From an uncultured Alphaproteobacteria bacterium (GTDB taxonomy: Bacteria > Pseudomonadota > Alphaproteobacteria > Methylaequorales > Methylaequoraceae), in assembly GCA_902613995.1 (NCBI GenBank), contig CACMJG010000004.1, positions 75,563-139,562 on the forward strand: 64,000 nucleotides of DNA, read 5' to 3'. The translations under genes and the position numbers were made by a program. Under the pieces are notes generated by a model. The model did not search any database. It was not told where the DNA came from and saw only the letters and a program-made list of their open reading frames with translations. Below are positions 31,693-41,932 of the stretch, one piece after another (the stretch's first letter is position 1; each line of letters begins with the position of its first letter).

Positions 31693-32979
31693 TTAATATC
31701 TATATTCTTCACTTTTATATGGTCCACCTACAGGAACATTTATGTAATCTCCTTGATTTTTTGATAATTTAGTTAACTTAGCACCAATTTTATCAAGGTG
31801 TATCCTAGCGACTTTTTCATCTAGTTTTTTCGGAAGAACATAAACTTTATTTTTATATTTACTATAATTTTTCCATAACTCTATTTGAGCCAAAACCTGA
31901 TTTGAAAAAGAAGCTGACATAACAAAACTTGGATGACCAGTCGCACATCCTAAATTTACTAAACGACCCTCTGCAAGAACAATTATTTTTTTTCCATCAG
32001 GAAATTCAATTTCGTCAACTTGTGGTTTTATGTTATCCCACTTATAGTTTTTAAGAGCATCAATCTGAATTTCGGAATCGAAGTGTCCAATATTACATAC
32101 AATACTTCTGTCTTTCATTTTTCTCATATGATCAATAGTTATTACATCAACATTTCCGGTTGCTGTTACAAAAATATCTGCTTTATCCGCAACATTGTCC
32201 ATAGTGTTAACTTCAAACCCATCCATAGCAGCTTGGAGAGCACAAATTGGGTCTATCTCAGTCACAACTACCCGACATCCAGCATTTCTTAGGCTTTCTG
32301 CTGAACCTTTACCAACATCACCATATCCTGCAACAAGTGCAACTTTACCAGCCATCATAACATCGGTTGCCCTTCTTATTCCATCAACTAAGCTTTCTCT
32401 ACAACCGTATTTATTATCAAACTTAGATTTTGTGACTGAATCATTAACATTTATAGCAGGTACTAAAAGTTGATTACTTTTTTCCATTTCTAAAAGCCTC
32501 AAAACACCCGTTGTTGTTTCTTCTGACAAACCTCTAACTCCATCGAGAAGATGAGGGTATTTTTCATGCATAACTTTTGTAAGATCTCCACCATCATCTA
32601 GGATAAGATTGGGTTTCCAGTCATTAGGCCCTGAAATTGTTTTTTCTATACACCACCAGAATTCTTCTTCAGTTTCACCTTTCCAAGCAAAAACAGGAAT
32701 TTTACTTTTGGCAACAGCTGCGGCTGCTTGATCTTGAGTAGAATAAATATTGCAAGAACTCCACCTAACAGAAGCTCCCAAATCTATAAGCGTCTCAATT
32801 AAAACTGCAGTTTGTATCGTCATATGTAAGCATCCAACAATTCTAGCGCCAGCGAGAGGTTTTTCGTCTTTAAACTCTGATCTTAACTGCATAAGCCCAG
32901 GCATTTCCGTTTCAGCAATTTTGATCTCTTTTCTTCCCCAATCAGCTAAATTTATGTCTTTAATTTTAAAATCATCCAT
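31693..32979 (-). CDS. ahcY: S-adenosyl-L-homocysteine hydrolase
   Basis: [43 protein letters not shown]. Confidence 0.98.
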   Translation of the reverse strand: MDDFKIKDINLADWGRKEIKIAETEMPGLMQLRSEFKDEKPLAGARIVGCLHMTIQTAVLIETLIDLGASVRWSSCNIYSTQDQAAAAVAKSKIPVFAWKGETEEEFWWCIEKTISGPNDWKPNLILDDGGDLTKVMHEKYPHLLDGVRGLSEETTTGVLRLLEMEKSNQLLVPAINVNDSVTKSKFDNKYGCRESLVDGIRRATDVMMAGKVALVAGYGDVGKGSAESLRNAGCRVVVTEIDPICALQAAMDGFEVNTMDNVADKADIFVTATGNVDVITIDHMRKMKDRSIVCNIGHFDSEIQIDALKNYKWDNIKPQVDEIEFPDGKKIIVLAEGRLVNLGCATGHPSFVMSASFSNQVLAQIELWKNYSKYKNKVYVLPKKLDEKVARIHLDKIGAKLTKLSKNQGDYINVPVGGPYKSEEYRY

Positions 32980-35041
32980 ATTTTTTTTCTCTTATCCTTT
33001 TATTAATTTCTTGGTTATAATTGTGCAAAATATTTTTTATCACCACATTATCATCTTGTTTGAAAATATCATCTGAAATTTTTTTTACTTCATTTGAATT
33101 TACTTGACTTAAATATTGCTTTACTTTCAATATTCGGGACGTACTCATTGACAGTGTTCTTATACCCATTCCAATAATAATTGAGGTAAATAATGTATCT
33201 CCGGCCATCTCTCCGCATATACTTACAGGAATTTTATTTCTGTCTGCCGACCTTGCAGTCATGTAGATTAGTTTTAAAACAGAAAGGTGTCCAGGATCAT
33301 ATATTTTAGCAACTTCCTCATCACCCCTATCTATGGCTAAAGTGTACATTGTTAAATCATTCGTACCAATCGCAAAAAAATCACAATTTTTAGCTAACTC
33401 CTCAGAGATCAATGCCGCAGCGGGTGTTTCAATTAATACTCCAATCTTAGGAGTAGTAATCTTTAACCTTTTATTTTTTTTTAATAAATCCTTTTTTACA
33501 TCTGTTATTATTTTTTTTGTCTCAATTAACTCTGATACATTTGAAACCATTGGTAACATTATCCTAATATTTCCGTACGAGCTTGCCCTTAGGATAGCCG
33601 TAATTTGTCTTTTAAAAATTTTTGGAAAAGCTAATGTCAGCCTTATCGCTCTTAGCCCCAATGCAGGATTAGGTGATTTTGTTAAATATTTTTCTATAGA
33701 TGGCACCTTTTTATCATTACCAACGTCTAATGTTCTAATTGTTAGTGGCTTTCCTTTTAAATGCATAAGAGTTTTTTTTATTGAATTAAATTGATCTTGT
33801 TCAGAGGGTATGGTTTTTTTGTTCATAAAAAGATACTCCGTTCTGTATAAACCAATACCATCTATTCCTTTTTTCATTGATATTTTAACTTCATCAGAAT
33901 CATCAACATTGGCCTCAATTCTTACTCTTTTTTTATCTTTAGTAACTGGAATGGTCTCAATAAATGAATTTAACTTTTGATCCTCATTTTTTTTTTCTTC
34001 GATTTTTTTTTTATATATTAATATTGTCTTTTTTGAAGGATTCTTGATCAACAATCCTCTATCACCGTCTATTATAATTTTTTCACCGTTTTTGAGATAT
34101 TTAATAGCGTTTTTTACACCAACTACGGTTGGAATCGACAACGACCGAGCTACTATTGCAAAATGACCCTCAGGGCCTCCAAACATACTTGCTAGTCCCA
34201 AAAATTTAATTTTTGCATTAGCCAATAGATCAGATGGGCTCAACTCAGAAGAAAATAATATCTGATTGTTTTTAATACTGGTCTGGACTTTTTTTTTTTG
34301 AAGGTTTTCAATTATTCTTGTACAAACATCTCTCACATCATCAAATCTGTCTTTTAAGTAATCGTCCTTTATTCGTTTAAAAATTTTTGAATGCTTATTA
34401 AGCACTTCATCAACTGCATATTCTGCATTTATGAGATCCTCTCTTATTCTTTGTTTTGCGTCCTTCATAAGTGATGATGACCTAATAATTGAAATATTGG
34501 CCTCTAACATAAATTTCATCTCTTTATAGATATCATTTTTATGGTGAGTTATTTTCTTGATAATTTTTTTGATGTCCAAAATAGATACTTTAACTGCTTT
34601 TTCCAATCGTATTACTTCTTTTTTTACTGATGATATGGAAATGTTATATCTTACGTTAGAAAGATTAGTTTTTTGTTTTACCAAGCAGTTTCCTATAGCA
34701 TATCCACTTGAAACCCCAATTCCTCTTAAAACCAACTCTTTATCTGTATTCTCTGATAAAGGTTTTTCTTCTCCAAAATTATTTTTTATTAAACTAATTA
34801 GTTTATTCAAATCCTTTTCTGGATTACTTCCAATACATTGAACTTTTATTTCCGTTCCTTTAGAAGCAGCCAAAGTCATTAAACCCAGAAGAGAGGAACC
34901 GTTTACAATCTTTGAACCTTTTTTGACAATAAACTTTGAGTCACATTTAGAAGTCAATTCTACAAATTTTGCTGCAGCCCTAGCATGAATTCCTAGCTTA
35001 TTAGTTATTAATATTTTTCTTTCTACTTTTTTTTGTTCCAA
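32972..35041 (-). CDS. HPr-Enzyme I fusion (PTS)
   Basis: N-terminal ~90 aa are HPr (GIHARAA, His15; [13 protein letters not shown], Ser46) fused in frame to EI ([45 protein letters not shown]). Confidence 0.93.
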   Translation of the reverse strand: MEQKKVERKILITNKLGIHARAAAKFVELTSKCDSKFIVKKGSKIVNGSSLLGLMTLAASKGTEIKVQCIGSNPEKDLNKLISLIKNNFGEEKPLSENTDKELVLRGIGVSSGYAIGNCLVKQKTNLSNVRYNISISSVKKEVIRLEKAVKVSILDIKKIIKKITHHKNDIYKEMKFMLEANISIIRSSSLMKDAKQRIREDLINAEYAVDEVLNKHSKIFKRIKDDYLKDRFDDVRDVCTRIIENLQKKKVQTSIKNNQILFSSELSPSDLLANAKIKFLGLASMFGGPEGHFAIVARSLSIPTVVGVKNAIKYLKNGEKIIIDGDRGLLIKNPSKKTILIYKKKIEEKKNEDQKLNSFIETIPVTKDKKRVRIEANVDDSDEVKISMKKGIDGIGLYRTEYLFMNKKTIPSEQDQFNSIKKTLMHLKGKPLTIRTLDVGNDKKVPSIEKYLTKSPNPALGLRAIRLTLAFPKIFKRQITAILRASSYGNIRIMLPMVSNVSELIETKKIITDVKKDLLKKNKRLKITTPKIGVLIETPAAALISEELAKNCDFFAIGTNDLTMYTLAIDRGDEEVAKIYDPGHLSVLKLIYMTARSADRNKIPVSICGEMAGDTLFTSIIIGMGIRTLSMSTSRILKVKQYLSQVNSNEVKKISDDIFKQDDNVVIKNILHNYNQEINKRIREKKYG

Positions 35042-35445
35042 TCTTTCTTTTCCTCAAAAAATGCTGAAGCAACATTTATATATTTTCGGCCTGATTCTTG
35101 TGAAATCGCTATTATCTCTTTAATTGACTTTTTATCCCTAATCGACATCATTTTAATCAACATTGGTAAATTTACACCAGCTACAACTTCAATTTTTTCG
35201 CTGTCCATAACGGAAATTGCTAGATTTGAAGGAGTTCCACCAAACATATCAGTTAAAACAATTACACCTTTGCCTGCATCTACTTTTTTTACTGAGTCAA
35301 GAATTTGTAATCTTTTTTTCTCCATATCATCCTCAGGAAAAATAGATATTGCTATCAGGTTTTCTTGAGGACCAACAATGTGTTGAATGACACTTAGCAT
35401 CTCTTTTGCAATATTTTCATGACTTACTAAAACTACACCAATCAT
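35023..35445 (-). CDS. PTS EIIA, mannose/fructose family
   Basis: MIGVVLVSH, LTDMFGGTPSN, GVNLPML. Confidence 0.93.
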   Translation of the reverse strand: MIGVVLVSHENIAKEMLSVIQHIVGPQENLIAISIFPEDDMEKKRLQILDSVKKVDAGKGVIVLTDMFGGTPSNLAISVMDSEKIEVVAGVNLPMLIKMMSIRDKKSIKEIIAISQESGRKYINVASAFFEEKKDWNKKK

Positions 35446-36299
35446 TTTGCTATATCTCTGTGTTCTATAAAAATTCTCAATTTTCTATTATTATTAATTA
35501 AATTAAGGAAATGTTCACTGGATACAACAGATCTATGGACTCCCCCTGTACAACCAAATGCTATAGTGATATGTTCTTTTCCCTCTTTTTTATATCCCTC
35601 AAGAATGTTATTTAACAGTAGCAAGAGACTATCAAAAAAAAATTCAAAATACTTCTGTTTTTTAACAAAATTTATAACTTTCAAGTTTTTACCATCAAAT
35701 TTTTTTAGGTTTTTTTCATAAAATGGGTTACTTAAAAACCTCATATCGAAAACAATATCTGCCTCTCTTGGTAATCCAAATTTATATCCAAAAGAAATAA
35801 TTCTTAAATTAATTTTTGAATCAGAGTGTTTTTTAAACAAAATCTGCATCTCATTTTTTAGAAGATTTAAAGTAAATTTTGATGTATCGATGTAGTAGTC
35901 ATTAATATTCAATAGAGGTTTAAGCCAATTCCTCTCTGCTTCAATTTTTTCTACAATTGGCAAATCTAACTTTAAAGGGTGGACTCTTCTACTTTCTTTA
36001 AACCTGTTCAATAAAGTTGTGTTGTCGCAATCAAAAAAAATGACTGAAAGAATTAAATTCTTTTTTTTTTGGGAAATCTCTTTAGCTACTTTTTTTGGAT
36101 CAAAGTCTCTTGTTCTAACATCAATTCCGACGGCAAGATTTCTTTTTATCTTCGTATTTATTATATTACTCAAAAGGTAGGTCGGTAAATTATCGATCGC
36201 CTCAAAACCCATATCTTCAAAAATTTTTAATGCTGATGATCTACCAGCACCTGACAATCCGGTAACTATGAAAACTTTATATTGTTTCTCTAATCTCAT
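35442..36299 (-). CDS. rapZ: RNase adapter protein RapZ
   Basis: TGLSGAGRS, DNLP, SFGYKFG, FDMRFL.NP, GCTGG.HRSV. Confidence 0.93.
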   Translation of the reverse strand: MRLEKQYKVFIVTGLSGAGRSSALKIFEDMGFEAIDNLPTYLLSNIINTKIKRNLAVGIDVRTRDFDPKKVAKEISQKKKNLILSVIFFDCDNTTLLNRFKESRRVHPLKLDLPIVEKIEAERNWLKPLLNINDYYIDTSKFTLNLLKNEMQILFKKHSDSKINLRIISFGYKFGLPREADIVFDMRFLSNPFYEKNLKKFDGKNLKVINFVKKQKYFEFFFDSLLLLLNNILEGYKKEGKEHITIAFGCTGGVHRSVVSSEHFLNLINNNRKLRIFIEHRDIAK

Positions 36300-36702
36300 T
36301 TAATTTTACTTTAATCTTTGCAACTGCCGATGAATTTTTTCCTTCAATATTGATGATAGGAATCTTAATTCCCAGTATTCTAAAACAACTATCCTTTGGA
36401 AACCTTTCATTATTATTACTTTTTAAATTAACAACTAATCGTAATTTTATTTTCTCGACGAAAGGAACTGTAATTATTCCAATCTCTCTTACTTCAAGCA
36501 AACCCTTAATTTCTGGAGGACAATAAAGATAAATATTATTTGAATTTTTTCTACAAATCGAAATATCATCTGAAATTAAAGTTGCGCCATTATCAATCAA
36601 TCTCAATGCTAAATCTGATTTTCCAGAACCAGAATCACCTAAAATTAACACTCCGTTATCATCTATTACCACAGACGTGCTGTGAATTCTCTTTAAATTC
36701 AT
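36277..36702 (-). CDS. hprK: HPr kinase/phosphorylase, short alphaproteobacterial form
   Basis: GVLILGDSGSGKSDLAL.LI, LISDD, LEVREIGI. Confidence 0.92.
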   Translation of the reverse strand: MNLKRIHSTSVVIDDNGVLILGDSGSGKSDLALRLIDNGATLISDDISICRKNSNNIYLYCPPEIKGLLEVREIGIITVPFVEKIKLRLVVNLKSNNNERFPKDSCFRILGIKIPIINIEGKNSSAVAKIKVKLNEIRETI

Positions 36703-36703
36703 T

Positions 36704-37159
36704 TTACTCGATAAAGTTCTCTTTCAATTTTTTATTTAAAACCATCACAGGAACTTTCTTTTTACTTCCGTCATTTAATGAAAAATCAACCTCAAAAGAA
36801 GATCCATCATCAAGTTTTTTTTTTAAACCCATTAACATTAAATGAGTTCCGCCAGGTTGAAAAAAAACTTGTTGTTTAGATTTTATTAAAAAATTTTCTT
36901 TCTTTTTCATTTTTATGATTTCGTTTTCAGTCTTAATTTCATGAATTTCAGCTTTTGAAGCGACTTTAGTAGATATTGATTCTATTAAGAAATCCTTATT
37001 TGTATTATTGAAAATAGAAACATATACAGCACATGCTCTTTGACTATCAAAAGTCTCAAATGTGTAAGCTCCGTGAAAGACTATAGATTCTTGATTTGAA
37101 TTGACTGAATTTGACAATATCAAGAGAAATATAAATTGTATGTATTTGAAATTTTTCAT
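36704..37159 (-). CDS. Periplasmic copper chaperone PCu(A)C
   Basis: Signal peptide, AEIHE...M, FQPGGTHLMLMGL. Confidence 0.88.
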   Translation of the reverse strand: MKNFKYIQFIFLLILSNSVNSNQESIVFHGAYTFETFDSQRACAVYVSIFNNTNKDFLIESISTKVASKAEIHEIKTENEIIKMKKKENFLIKSKQQVFFQPGGTHLMLMGLKKKLDDGSSFEVDFSLNDGSKKKVPVMVLNKKLKENFIE

Positions 37160-37207
37160 TTAAATTAAATCCTGAAGTTATTATACATAATATATTAAGA
37201 GAAAAGA

Positions 37208-37999
37208 ATGAAAATTAATTACGCCACAAGACAATTAATAAGATCTTCTTCGAGAGGATATTTATCAACTAGTTTTGATCCTAAGAGCTTTGGTGCTAAA
37301 AAAATTAATGTTAAGCAAACCTTTCCTTATTCAACTTTCACCCTTACGGCGTTTGATTACGATTTAAGTCCTATTATTCTACTTTCAAAATTATCTGAAC
37401 ACACTACCAATATCTCTAAAGATAACTTGGTTTCACTTATGCTTTGTGAAGAACAAAAGCTGTATCCTTATTTCCCTCAATTCAAAAAAAATCCTTTTAA
37501 TTATGAAGATCCAATGTCAAGACCAAGGGTAACACTAATAGGAAAATTAAAAATAACGAAAAATTTAAATCACAAAACTAGATTTTTAAATAGACATCCT
37601 ACATCTAATTTGTACGCCAACTTTTCCGACATGAATTTTTATAGATTAGATATTATAGGAGCCCATCTAATAGGTGGATTTGCTAGTGTAAAGTGGTTTT
37701 CAAAAAAGGACCTTATATGTAATGACTTCAAAAATTTTCAAGAATCTGAAAATAGCATCATATCACATATGAACGACCATCATAAAGAATCAATCGATTT
37801 GTATGTTAAAAAGTTTATCAAAGGGGTTTCTCTAAGCCTGAAAAAAAATTGGCAGCTTATTGGAGTTGATCCAGACGGATTTGATCTAAGAAAAAAAGAT
37901 AAAGTTATAAGATATTGTTTTGAAAGGTCTATTGACAACGCATCAAAATTAAGAGGCGTTTTTGTAAAACTACATAAGCAAGCATCTATTTCTCAATGA
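37208..37999 (+). CDS. HugZ-like split-barrel protein with DUF2470-like C-terminus
   Basis: LSKLSEHT.N, PRVTLIG, HLIGGF, ISHMNDHH, GVDPDGFD. Confidence 0.82.
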   Translation: MKINYATRQLIRSSSRGYLSTSFDPKSFGAKKINVKQTFPYSTFTLTAFDYDLSPIILLSKLSEHTTNISKDNLVSLMLCEEQKLYPYFPQFKKNPFNYEDPMSRPRVTLIGKLKITKNLNHKTRFLNRHPTSNLYANFSDMNFYRLDIIGAHLIGGFASVKWFSKKDLICNDFKNFQESENSIISHMNDHHKESIDLYVKKFIKGVSLSLKKNWQLIGVDPDGFDLRKKDKVIRYCFERSIDNASKLRGVFVKLHKQASISQ

Positions 38000-40776
38000 G
38001 CATCATCCCAACTATTTCCAACACCTATATCAACTTTGATTGGCACTTTTAGAGAGATAAAATTTTTATGTGAACTTGTCATTATTTCAGGAATCTTGTT
38101 TTTAATTATATCTATTTCACTTTGAGGAGATTCGAATAATAATTCATCATGAACCTGTAGCAAGATCTTTGTCTGTAATTTCTCATCCACTAAAAATTTC
38201 TGAACCTTTGGCATAGCTAATTTTATCATATCTGCTGCTCCACCCTGAATAGGAGCATTGATAGCAGATCTTTCAGCAAAATTTTTTCTTGTAACAACTT
38301 TATCATTTATAAATGGAATAAATATCCGTCTCCCGAAAGGTGTTTTGACATAACCATTCGATCTACATTCTTGAATCGTATTTCTCATGTAATCTTTAAT
38401 ACCCGGATATTTTTTAAAATATTGATCCATGTACATTTTTGCTTCACTATTTGGGATTTCTAGTTGTAAAGCTAAACCATAGGCAGAAATTCCATATATA
38501 ATTCCAAAATTAATTATCTTTGCCTTTCTTCTTAATTCATTAGTAACTTCGTCTTTTGAAACCTGAAAGACTTCCATAGCTGTAACAGTATGAATATCAC
38601 TATCATTTTCAAAAGCATTTATTAAAGTTTTAATGTTTGCAACATGCGCTAAAATTCTTAATTCAATTTGAGAGTAATCAATTGAGATGATTCGATTTTT
38701 TGCATCACATATAAATACTTTTCTAATTTCTCTTCCTTCCTCTGTTTTAATTGGGATATTTTGTAAATTAGGATCATTTGATGAAAGTCTACCAGTTAAA
38801 GTACTCGCCATACCAAACGATGTGTGAATTCTATTTGTTTTAGTATTTTCTCTTGACAATAAACCCTCACAATATGTACCCCGCAACTTTGAATATTGTC
38901 TCCAATCCAAAACTAAAGATGCAATATTAAAATTTTCAGATTTTAATTTTTCGAGAACTTTAACATCAGTTTGATAGTTCCCACTTTTGCCTTTTTTGCC
39001 ATATGGAAGTTTAAGCTTATCAAATAAAACTTCTCCCAATTGCTTTGGTGATCCTATGTTAAAATCTTCTTTGCTCAACTTAAAAATTTCCCTTTCTATC
39101 ATTGACATTTTTTCTGAAAATTCTCCAGAAAGTTTGGTTAATTTAGGATTATCAACTTTACATCCGGAAATCTCCATTTCTGCAATCACTTCTATCAATG
39201 GTTTTTCAACATAAAAATAAAAATCATAAAGACCTTCCTTGATTAATAAAATTTTAAGGATTTCCCACAATCTATATGTAACATCTGCATCTTCAGCGGC
39301 ATAATTTTTTGCTTTATCCGCAGAAACTTCTGAAAACAAAATTTTTTTTTTTTCAACTACGGTTACATCTGAATACTTAATAGTCTCATGAAATAATAAA
39401 TCAGATGACAGTTCGTCTAATCCATGTCCTCTTTGACCAGTTCTCAAAACATATGACATTAGCATGGTATCGTCCATATTATTTATGCTGACTCCTAATC
39501 CCTTGAGAATAATGAAATCATATTTAATGTTTTGTCCGATTTTCAGTATTGAGTTGTCTTCTAAAATTATTTTAATTTTTTCAATAAAGACATTTAAATC
39601 AACTTGATTTTTCAATCCTTTATGATTTAAAGGAATATAACATGCTTGGCTATTCTCTATTGACATTGAAAAACCAACAATTTCTGCCTCAGTAGCACTT
39701 AGAGATGTTGTTTCACAATCTATAGCTACAACTCCACTTTCAATAATTTTTTGAATCCACTTTGTTAAATCTTTTTCATTTAAAATTAATTCGTAAATTC
39801 CGCGATTTACTTTTTCTCTTACAGGAGTGAAATATTCATTATCTTTCTGTTGATTACTTTGTTCTTCCGTTTCAGAATGTGGCTGATTTTTTGAGCCAAA
39901 TTTATTGGTTACTAACGACTTAATTCTATTGAACTCCATTTCATCTAAAAATTTAACAAGTTTTTGAACCTCTAATGGCTTAAAATTCAATTTTTCAATT
40001 GAAACAGGGAGGTCTACATCATCTTTCAAAGTTACTAGCTTCTTAGATATAATTAGAAGCTCTTTATTTTCTGAAATAGCCTCTTTTCTTTTTTCTTGTT
40101 TTATATTTTTGATATTTTCAATAAGATTTTCAATATTTCCATATTCATTTATTAATTGTGAAGCTGTTTTTGGACCAATTCCTGGAACACCTGGAATATT
40201 ATCTGAAGTATCTCCAGCCAATGCCTGAACTTCAATAACTTTTTCAGGACCAACGCCAAACTTTTCAATTACATTTTCTGAAGTTATTTCCTTTTTTTTT
40301 ATTGGATCTATCATCGAAACATTTTTACCTAAAAGTTGCATTAGATCTTTATCAGAAGAAATAATCGTAATTTTTTTTCCTTCTGCTTTTGCTTTTTTTG
40401 AATAGGATGCGATCAAATCATCAGCTTCAAAACCCAATGAATCAATTGATTGAAGGTTGAAGGCATCAGGAACTTTTTTTATTATATCAAATTGAGGTTT
40501 CAAGTCTTCAGGAGGATCAGATCTATTTGCTTTATAGTTTGGATAAATGTCATTTCTAAATGTCTTTCTTGCAGCATCGAATATGACTGCGATTGCAACA
40601 TTTCCACCTTTCTCACTTTGAATGTCATCAATTAATTTGAGAAGCATATTAGTAAAACCAAAAACTGCATTGACTGGTAGTCCGTCGGATCTAAACATTG
40701 GAGGTAAGGCATAGTAAGCTCTAAATATATATCCAGAACCATCTACTAGAACCAACTCATTTCCAACCGAATTCAT
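37993..40776 (-). CDS. polA: DNA polymerase I
   Basis: 5'-3' exo (LVDGSGYIFRAY), 3'-5' exo (AIDCETT), polymerase (DYSQIELR, QVHDEL). Confidence 0.98.
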   Translation of the reverse strand: MNSVGNELVLVDGSGYIFRAYYALPPMFRSDGLPVNAVFGFTNMLLKLIDDIQSEKGGNVAIAVIFDAARKTFRNDIYPNYKANRSDPPEDLKPQFDIIKKVPDAFNLQSIDSLGFEADDLIASYSKKAKAEGKKITIISSDKDLMQLLGKNVSMIDPIKKKEITSENVIEKFGVGPEKVIEVQALAGDTSDNIPGVPGIGPKTASQLINEYGNIENLIENIKNIKQEKRKEAISENKELLIISKKLVTLKDDVDLPVSIEKLNFKPLEVQKLVKFLDEMEFNRIKSLVTNKFGSKNQPHSETEEQSNQQKDNEYFTPVREKVNRGIYELILNEKDLTKWIQKIIESGVVAIDCETTSLSATEAEIVGFSMSIENSQACYIPLNHKGLKNQVDLNVFIEKIKIILEDNSILKIGQNIKYDFIILKGLGVSINNMDDTMLMSYVLRTGQRGHGLDELSSDLLFHETIKYSDVTVVEKKKILFSEVSADKAKNYAAEDADVTYRLWEILKILLIKEGLYDFYFYVEKPLIEVIAEMEISGCKVDNPKLTKLSGEFSEKMSMIEREIFKLSKEDFNIGSPKQLGEVLFDKLKLPYGKKGKSGNYQTDVKVLEKLKSENFNIASLVLDWRQYSKLRGTYCEGLLSRENTKTNRIHTSFGMASTLTGRLSSNDPNLQNIPIKTEEGREIRKVFICDAKNRIISIDYSQIELRILAHVANIKTLINAFENDSDIHTVTAMEVFQVSKDEVTNELRRKAKIINFGIIYGISAYGLALQLEIPNSEAKMYMDQYFKKYPGIKDYMRNTIQECRSNGYVKTPFGRRIFIPFINDKVVTRKNFAERSAINAPIQGGAADMIKLAMPKVQKFLVDEKLQTKILLQVHDELLFESPQSEIDIIKNKIPEIMTSSHKNFISLKVPIKVDIGVGNSWDDAH

Positions 40777-40937
40777 ATCTTCTTTTTAAATTTTGCGCTA
40801 CAATATGGGCATGTTGCAATGTTTCCAGATGACAGGTCAAGATAGATTAGCGGGTGGGATTCTTTGGACCCATTTCCACTACAACTTACTGTATCACTAT
40901 CAATATATTTTATTTCTGTTTGAAAATTAAAGTCCAT
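40773..40937 (-). CDS. zf-CHCC zinc-finger protein (NDUFS6-like), 54 aa; not in ORF track
   Basis: Manual translation MDFNFQTEIKYIDSDTVSCSGNGSKESHPLIYLDLSSGNIATCPYCSAKFKKKI*; C-x8-H-x14-CxxC; ATGA overlap with polA. Confidence 0.88.
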   Translation of the reverse strand: MDFNFQTEIKYIDSDTVSCSGNGSKESHPLIYLDLSSGNIATCPYCSAKFKKKI

Positions 40938-41000
40938 AACACTAAAGTTCAAAAAATATCATATTTTTAAAACATCGAATACATATATATATATATAATA

Positions 41001-41915
41001 ATGAAAAGAAAAATAATTAGTGTTAAAAAATTAGCAAAGAAATATCTTACTAGTTCGAAATACGCCCTCAATCACATTGATTTGTCAATTAATGAAGGCT
41101 CAATTTTTGGTTTGTTAGGTCCAAATGGAGCTGGAAAAAGTACTTTTATAAATATTTTAGCTGGATTAGTTAATAAAACTAGTGGAGAAGTATTTGTGTG
41201 TGGGGTAAATCTGGATACTGATCCAAAAACTGTCAGAGGCAATCTAGGTATTGTTCCACAAGAGATTATGATAGATCCGTTTTTCACACCAATGGAAATT
41301 ATGGACATACAGGCTGGGATGTATGCTGTAGAAAAAAAAAACATAAGGAATCAAGAAATTTTAAGTACTCTTGGACTTGGAGAAAAAGCAGATGCATATG
41401 CTAGGAGTTTATCAGGAGGAATGAAAAGAAGATTGATGGTAGCGAAAGCAATGGTACATAACCCTCCAGTTCTGATTCTTGATGAACCGACTGCTGGAGT
41501 AGATGTTGAACTTCGAGCAAAATTATGGAAGTCAATAAAAGAACTTAATAAAAAAGGTACCACGATTATTTTGACTACACACTATCTTAAAGAAGCTGAA
41601 TTGTTGTGTGACGAGATTGCAGTAATTAATAAAGGCAAAGTTATAGCAAACGACACTAAAACAAATTTACTAAAAATTCTTGAAGAAAAAGAAGTTAAAG
41701 TTGAGTTTTCAAATAAAGTAAAAAACCTTCCCAAAAAAATTAAAGACTTTTGTATTTTGAAAGACGATCAATCAGCTACTCTTAAGTTTAATAAAAACGA
41801 AATTAATACTGCTGAATTGATAAAAGAATTTATTAACAGTAAGATAGACTTAAAAGATATTACAACTAAAGAATCAGATTTAGAGGATATATTTATAAAA
41901 TTACTCAAAAATTAG
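41001..41915 (+). CDS. ABC transporter ATP-binding protein (YadG-like)
   Basis: GPNGAGKS, LSGGMKRRL, LDEPTAGVD, LTTHY. Confidence 0.92.
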   Translation: MKRKIISVKKLAKKYLTSSKYALNHIDLSINEGSIFGLLGPNGAGKSTFINILAGLVNKTSGEVFVCGVNLDTDPKTVRGNLGIVPQEIMIDPFFTPMEIMDIQAGMYAVEKKNIRNQEILSTLGLGEKADAYARSLSGGMKRRLMVAKAMVHNPPVLILDEPTAGVDVELRAKLWKSIKELNKKGTTIILTTHYLKEAELLCDEIAVINKGKVIANDTKTNLLKILEEKEVKVEFSNKVKNLPKKIKDFCILKDDQSATLKFNKNEINTAELIKEFINSKIDLKDITTKESDLEDIFIKLLKN

Positions 41916-41932
41916 TCATTGCTTCTATAATC

